Origin: Elusimicrobiota bacterium
Lineage (GTDB): Bacteria; CG03; SLGR01; JBDRKX01
Reading direction: 5' to 3'
Length of the DNA: 11,255 nucleotides
Assembly: GCA_043813605.1 (NCBI GenBank)
Contig: JBDRKX010000089.1
Span: forward strand, 1 to 11,255
Shown here: piece after piece, positions 8,501-11,255 of the stretch
Layout of the letters: each line of letters opens with the position of its first letter
Numbering within the stretch: position 1 is the first letter of the stretch
The notes under the pieces: model-generated
What the model saw: the letters and a program-made list of their open reading frames with translations, nothing else
What the model was told of the DNA's origin: nothing
Databases searched by the model: none
Translations under genes and position numbers: made by a program

Positions 8501-9172
8501 AAACGGAAATTCACCGGTAGCAAGCTCATAGGCTAAAACGCCAACTGAATACAAATCAGAACTTTCATTTATAACACCACTCTTAACGACTTCTGGCGGC
8601 AGATACTGTATAGTCCCGGTTATTGTACCATCAGATGCGACCCCGAGTTGATCCATAAGTCCGAAATCCATCAACTTTATCGGCCCATCCTTGGTTATCA
8701 TTATATTTTCGCTCTTTATATCTCTATGTACATATAAACGCGAATGGATAAAACTTAATGTTTGTGAAAGCTGTATCAATATTCTATATATTTCCTGAAA
8801 ATCCAGCTTTTGGTTTTTTACTCTGTCTCTTAGGTTCTCACCCTCGACTATTTCCATTGTTATATAGCGATTACCATTCAAAAGAACTCCGTAATCAAAA
8901 ACTTTCAATGTAAATGGATACTGTAGCTTAGTCATAGTTCTGAATTCTTCTGCAAATCTCAGCTCTGATTCAGTATAACCTGTCTTGGGAGTCGTTAATG
9001 AAACCCTACTACCCTCTTTAGCGCCTGACCTATCTTCATCAGCTAATTTGATTTCTTTTAAAGCAACCTCTTTTTTATCTACCTCATCAAATACTTTCCA
9101 TATTGTACCCATACCGCCTTCACCAATCTTAGCAATTACTTTATACCTGTTAACAAATTTTTGTTCATTCAT
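5513..9172 (-). CDS. Ser/Thr protein kinase fused to a STAND-class (AAA_16-like) P-loop NTPase, winged helix and TPR-like helical sensor region, 1219 aa
   Basis: Kinase: IGEGGMG, VALK, HRDIKSEN, DFG, GTIQYLPPE, SDLYSVG. NTPase: LIGR, Walker A GAPAGVGKT (about 8147-8173), Walker B ICFEDLHWSD, GTYR sensor, TGGNPYFV (GxP), FTHDRVRE winged helix. TPR-like helices run to the C-terminus. No clear transmembrane segment and no C-terminal HTH, HisKA or cyclase domain. Confidence 0.93.
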   Translation of the reverse strand: MNEQKFVNRYKVIAKIGEGGMGTIWKVFDEVDKKEVALKEIKLADEDRSGAKEGSRVSLTTPKTGYTESELRFAEEFRTMTKLQYPFTLKVFDYGVLLNGNRYITMEIVEGENLRDRVKNQKLDFQEIYRILIQLSQTLSFIHSRLYVHRDIKSENIMITKDGPIKLMDFGLMDQLGVASDGTITGTIQYLPPEVVKSGVINESSDLYSVGVLAYELATGEFPFSGKSIMDVVRMHIKDAPKPPHELRADIPEELEKIILKLLEKEQSNRYENASKLIEDLSKLSNEEIVVETKEQRGSYLFCSELIGRAEETTKLREVFEDIKSCKGKSVFVGAPAGVGKTRLLQEFKLETQLAEVPFLEGFCIEQGMNAYQPFREALKPVFPMTPKNILDKYGPVLVKVFPELEKKGFKAEPVLEELGEKSLIYENVTKWLKEVSSENPLAICFEDLHWSDTATLGLLNACIRELRESPILIIGTYRDDEVDETSSLYQTLEENITIPLTLTTLNKENIAVLVGAMLGKVDLPEEFLDELDKITGGNPYFVTETIRSLIDSQQIKLEYGKWILIGSASTLELPTSIESTVSRRLDLLSKEAYDIAQIGSVMGRELNVALLESISTFSRDVLFSALDELVERQFIKREDRRYTFTHDRVRETLYSEINEARKREIHEKVGRIIERGNKANVYSVINILAYHFSRGESKEEAVKYLIMAADGLVQKASYVEAIDLYNDATDILETIDYPDKQEVLFVTREKLVFINSYAVKPDICAKACEKNFETLFELGGGEKTVKKQINIMKFMLKIVNALPGGLPDAVKGLLMKEYPPNVLPKKKDYMHILTKLIEFNFMYTASFFFLGHYAKALANMENVEKNILPERNSIPHACLLAARQTIFCGTAKYGLGKREMDMAIPIFTKYESKLNWLQQFLYTSTLFWINNHTTCGGGREQSKEHRDKALELAEKYNFVEWMGWQAITDHVLETIHGRIPERENAYENVCDISKRMGRPFGLETWIYAWRSLYAFRTGYFDDARKAVAIIKRIEKQEVGAQLGYAQLTDCLLLIEAGKIEEAFPQLEGYVKLHREHDLMPFGETLYEMAMLYLQLGRTEDAKPLLDELLERASGDVYTNYNHQIMSYRAMGYLAMKEKDYESAQEKFGKSLEIAERQNIELQMGLTNRAYAEMYVELTQHSLAKEYVNKASEIFSNTGNEYLLKKLDDIISKINSSGS

Positions 9173-9184
9173 ATTTTATATATT

Positions 9185-9190
9185 CTCCTT
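9185..9190 (-). promoter_or_regulatory. Probable Shine-Dalgarno site of the kinase-STAND gene
   Basis: AAGGAG on the minus strand, 12 nt upstream of ATG at 9172 (spacing somewhat long). Confidence 0.6.
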
Positions 9191-9237
9191 AAGTGATATA
9201 CCTCGACTTCACGAACTTCATATTATATATAATTCTT

Positions 9238-11255
9238 TTAGCCTTCATCTTGCATAGCTTCAACTTTATTCAATTCGTAATTATTCTCTATATCAGTAAA
9301 AATAGTTGCTGATTCTTTAAGATATTCTTTCGCTCTGTCATACTTAGTCAGCGCAATCTGCAGTTCAGCAAGAGCCTTGTAAGTAAGTCCTTTCTGAATA
9401 AGATTATCACACTCTTTTGCAATACTCAGGCTTTTCATCAGCATTTTTTCTGCATCTTCATATTCTTTCTCTTTAATAGCCAACTCCCCCATCCCGCGAT
9501 ATATCATTATCTGATGTTTAGGATTGAAATAATCCTTATCTTCAGCCTTCAGAGCAGCTTCAGAAAGAACCTCCCGGGCCAGATCATACTTGTTTATCAT
9601 AATATAAACTTTGGCTATTTCGGTGAGAGCATCACCGAGCATCTGAAAATTACCCTCTCTGCATACCGAAACCACAGATTCAAGTTCCGACAGATTCTTT
9701 TGGGGATCCTCACCCTTATATATGGTTACCATACATTTTACCAACCTTGCATACCCTAACTGGGCATTCCATTTCGCCTTTTCAACTTTTTCCACTTTGT
9801 CGGCAGATCTAAGCGCACCTTCAAAATCTCCCCTTTTCATACAAAATAAGCACCACCAGCAGTAAATCCAACTTTCAAGCCCGAACGGCCGGCCCATTTT
9901 TTTACTCAGATCACTGACTTTATTGAATGAAAGCTGCGCTTCCCCATAGTGCCCACGAACGGTTGCTTTTACTTCGTCGCTTATAGCTTCCCATCCTAAC
10001 CAGTCAACAAAATTATATTTTTCGCAAAGTGAAAAACTAATCTCTCTAAATTTCTCGACATAATCCTTGCCGCCTCCTTGAGCAAGATGATTATTGTACC
10101 AGAAAGCTGAAGAGGTATAGAGAAACAGCTGCAGTCTGTTCAAATAAGCGGCATACTTTGTAAAAGAATTTACGGACTCCTCTGATTCAATCATACCAAG
10201 ACCCACTTTTGCTACAGCACAATATACAATTCCCCTTGCCGCCTCCAGACATGCATAAGGAACAGATCCTTCTTTTTCAGGGAGATAATTCTCCTCAACA
10301 AATTCAATATATTCCATCGCCTTATTATATTTACCAAGAAAAAAATATGATGCCGCATACATAAAACATGTTTCGAGCAATTTCGTCAGGATATTCATGT
10401 AATCCATTTTCTTTGGCAGCACGTGAGACGGATAGTCTATAAGAAACTTTACTTTTATCGCATCAGCCAGTTTCATCGGCAGCAGATTAATGGTTTTCAT
10501 CAGCAATTGCATAACCTTGATAACGTTTATCAGCGTTTTTTGGCTGCCGGCCAACCCATACAGTGTTTCCATGATCTTTTCACAGCAATCCATGCAAAAT
10601 TCAGGTTTAACCGCATACCCCTGACAATTAAGCACCATCATACGGGCTCTAAAAGCTACCTGCTCTTTATCCGGATACTCTATTCCTTCTAAAATGGAAA
10701 GCACCTTTTCTATTACGTCTATTGTTTCAACATAAGATGCTTTAGCAAATGATTCATCTGCAGACATTAAAAGATATTTAACCGCTTTATCGCTTACTTC
10801 ACTTCTCGAGAAATGATAAGAAAGCAGGTTAACTACAGATGCGTTATTCTGTTCATTATTGCTTTCAATATAATTGCCTATTTTTTCATGATATCCAGCA
10901 ACAGTTTTCTTATCGATTTTTCCATATAGTGTTTCACGAACTCTGTCATGAGTAAAAGAATATTTTCTTTCCTCACGTTTAATGAACTGCCTCTCTATTA
11001 ATTCATCAAGCATTTTAAAAATTGTCTCTTTTTCAAATCCAAAGACATTCTCAAATACTGTAAGATCCAATTCCCGCCCCATAACTGATCCTATCTGAAT
11101 AACTCTCAGTGCATCTTCACTGAGAAGCTGCAGACGCCGCATGACGGTTTCACCGATAGACGTGGGTATTTCAAGCTGCGTTACATCCAACGGTATCTTC
11201 CAGCGGCCATGCTCAAGTTTTAATTTTTCATCTTCAATCAATGACCTCATTGTTT
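9238..11255 (-). CDS. Paralogous STAND NTPase/TPR protein, C-terminal part only (5' end lies beyond the window; N-terminal effector domain not visible)
   Basis: Colinear with the C-terminal ~670 aa of 5513..9172 (QIGSVMGREL, ERQFIKRE, FTHDRVRETLY, YAVKP, VLPKK.DYM.ILTKL, MGRPFGLE.WIY, AQLGYA, HQIM). The frame stays open to the window edge, and T-M-RSLI aligns with internal T-I-RSLI of the paralog, so ATG 11250 is an internal Met. Confidence 0.9.
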   Translation of the reverse strand, partial: TMRSLIEDEKLKLEHGRWKIPLDVTQLEIPTSIGETVMRRLQLLSEDALRVIQIGSVMGRELDLTVFENVFGFEKETIFKMLDELIERQFIKREERKYSFTHDRVRETLYGKIDKKTVAGYHEKIGNYIESNNEQNNASVVNLLSYHFSRSEVSDKAVKYLLMSADESFAKASYVETIDVIEKVLSILEGIEYPDKEQVAFRARMMVLNCQGYAVKPEFCMDCCEKIMETLYGLAGSQKTLINVIKVMQLLMKTINLLPMKLADAIKVKFLIDYPSHVLPKKMDYMNILTKLLETCFMYAASYFFLGKYNKAMEYIEFVEENYLPEKEGSVPYACLEAARGIVYCAVAKVGLGMIESEESVNSFTKYAAYLNRLQLFLYTSSAFWYNNHLAQGGGKDYVEKFREISFSLCEKYNFVDWLGWEAISDEVKATVRGHYGEAQLSFNKVSDLSKKMGRPFGLESWIYCWWCLFCMKRGDFEGALRSADKVEKVEKAKWNAQLGYARLVKCMVTIYKGEDPQKNLSELESVVSVCREGNFQMLGDALTEIAKVYIMINKYDLAREVLSEAALKAEDKDYFNPKHQIMIYRGMGELAIKEKEYEDAEKMLMKSLSIAKECDNLIQKGLTYKALAELQIALTKYDRAKEYLKESATIFTDIENNYELNKVEAMQDEG

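Noticed and set aside
23..10692. All plus-strand ORFs in the track and the short alternative-frame minus ORFs 450..650 and 1899..2096
   Set aside because: They lie almost entirely within well-supported minus-strand genes and show no recognisable motifs, so they are shadow ORFs.
11248..11250. ATG at 11250 as the start of a stand-alone 670-aa TPR protein
   Set aside because: It aligns with an internal Ile of the paralog (T-I-RSLI) just after the GxP motif, and the frame is open to the window edge.
5513..11255. Assignment to a named Avs/antiphage system
   Set aside because: The architecture is analogous, but the motifs (EDLHW, GGNP.F, F.HD.VRE) are those of the signalling AAA_16/MalT-related clade, and no defence-island or mobile genes are in view.
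1..11255. Apparent GC step between the enzyme genes (higher) and the kinase/STAND genes (lower) as evidence of separate origins
   Set aside because: Seen only by sampling a few lines and explicable by Gly/Ala/Pro-rich enzymes versus Lys/Glu/Ile-rich helical proteins. A GC3/codon-usage calculation would be needed.

Overview
The window holds seven tightly packed minus-strand CDSs (gaps of 18-65 bp or an ATGA overlap, each visible start with a Shine-Dalgarno site), so it looks like one operon. In transcription order: (1) a 5'-truncated STAND-NTPase/TPR protein; (2) its full-length paralog, a 1219-aa Hanks-type Ser/Thr kinase-STAND(AAA)-winged helix-TPR protein; (3) a FabH/KAS-III-fold enzyme that keeps the catalytic Cys but has lost the His and Asn of the triad; (4-5) archaeal-type aconitase-family large and small subunits with homoaconitase (HacA/HacB, AksD/E) rather than LeuCD signatures; (6) a beta-decarboxylating dehydrogenase with a homoisocitrate-DH-like substrate loop but NADP-type cofactor residues; (7) a divergent CimA-family acetyl-CoA:2-oxoacid synthase that runs off the left edge and is missing from the ORF track. 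An automatic pipeline would call the left half a leu/cim operon, but the enzymes deviate from housekeeping versions. The best reading (inference) is a dedicated 2-oxo-acid chain-elongation (homologation) cassette plus an atypical acyl-transfer enzyme, genetically coupled to tandem NLR-like kinase receptors. No RNA genes, CRISPR arrays, mobile elements or terminators were seen. Reference-protein motifs are quoted from memory and need alignment to confirm.
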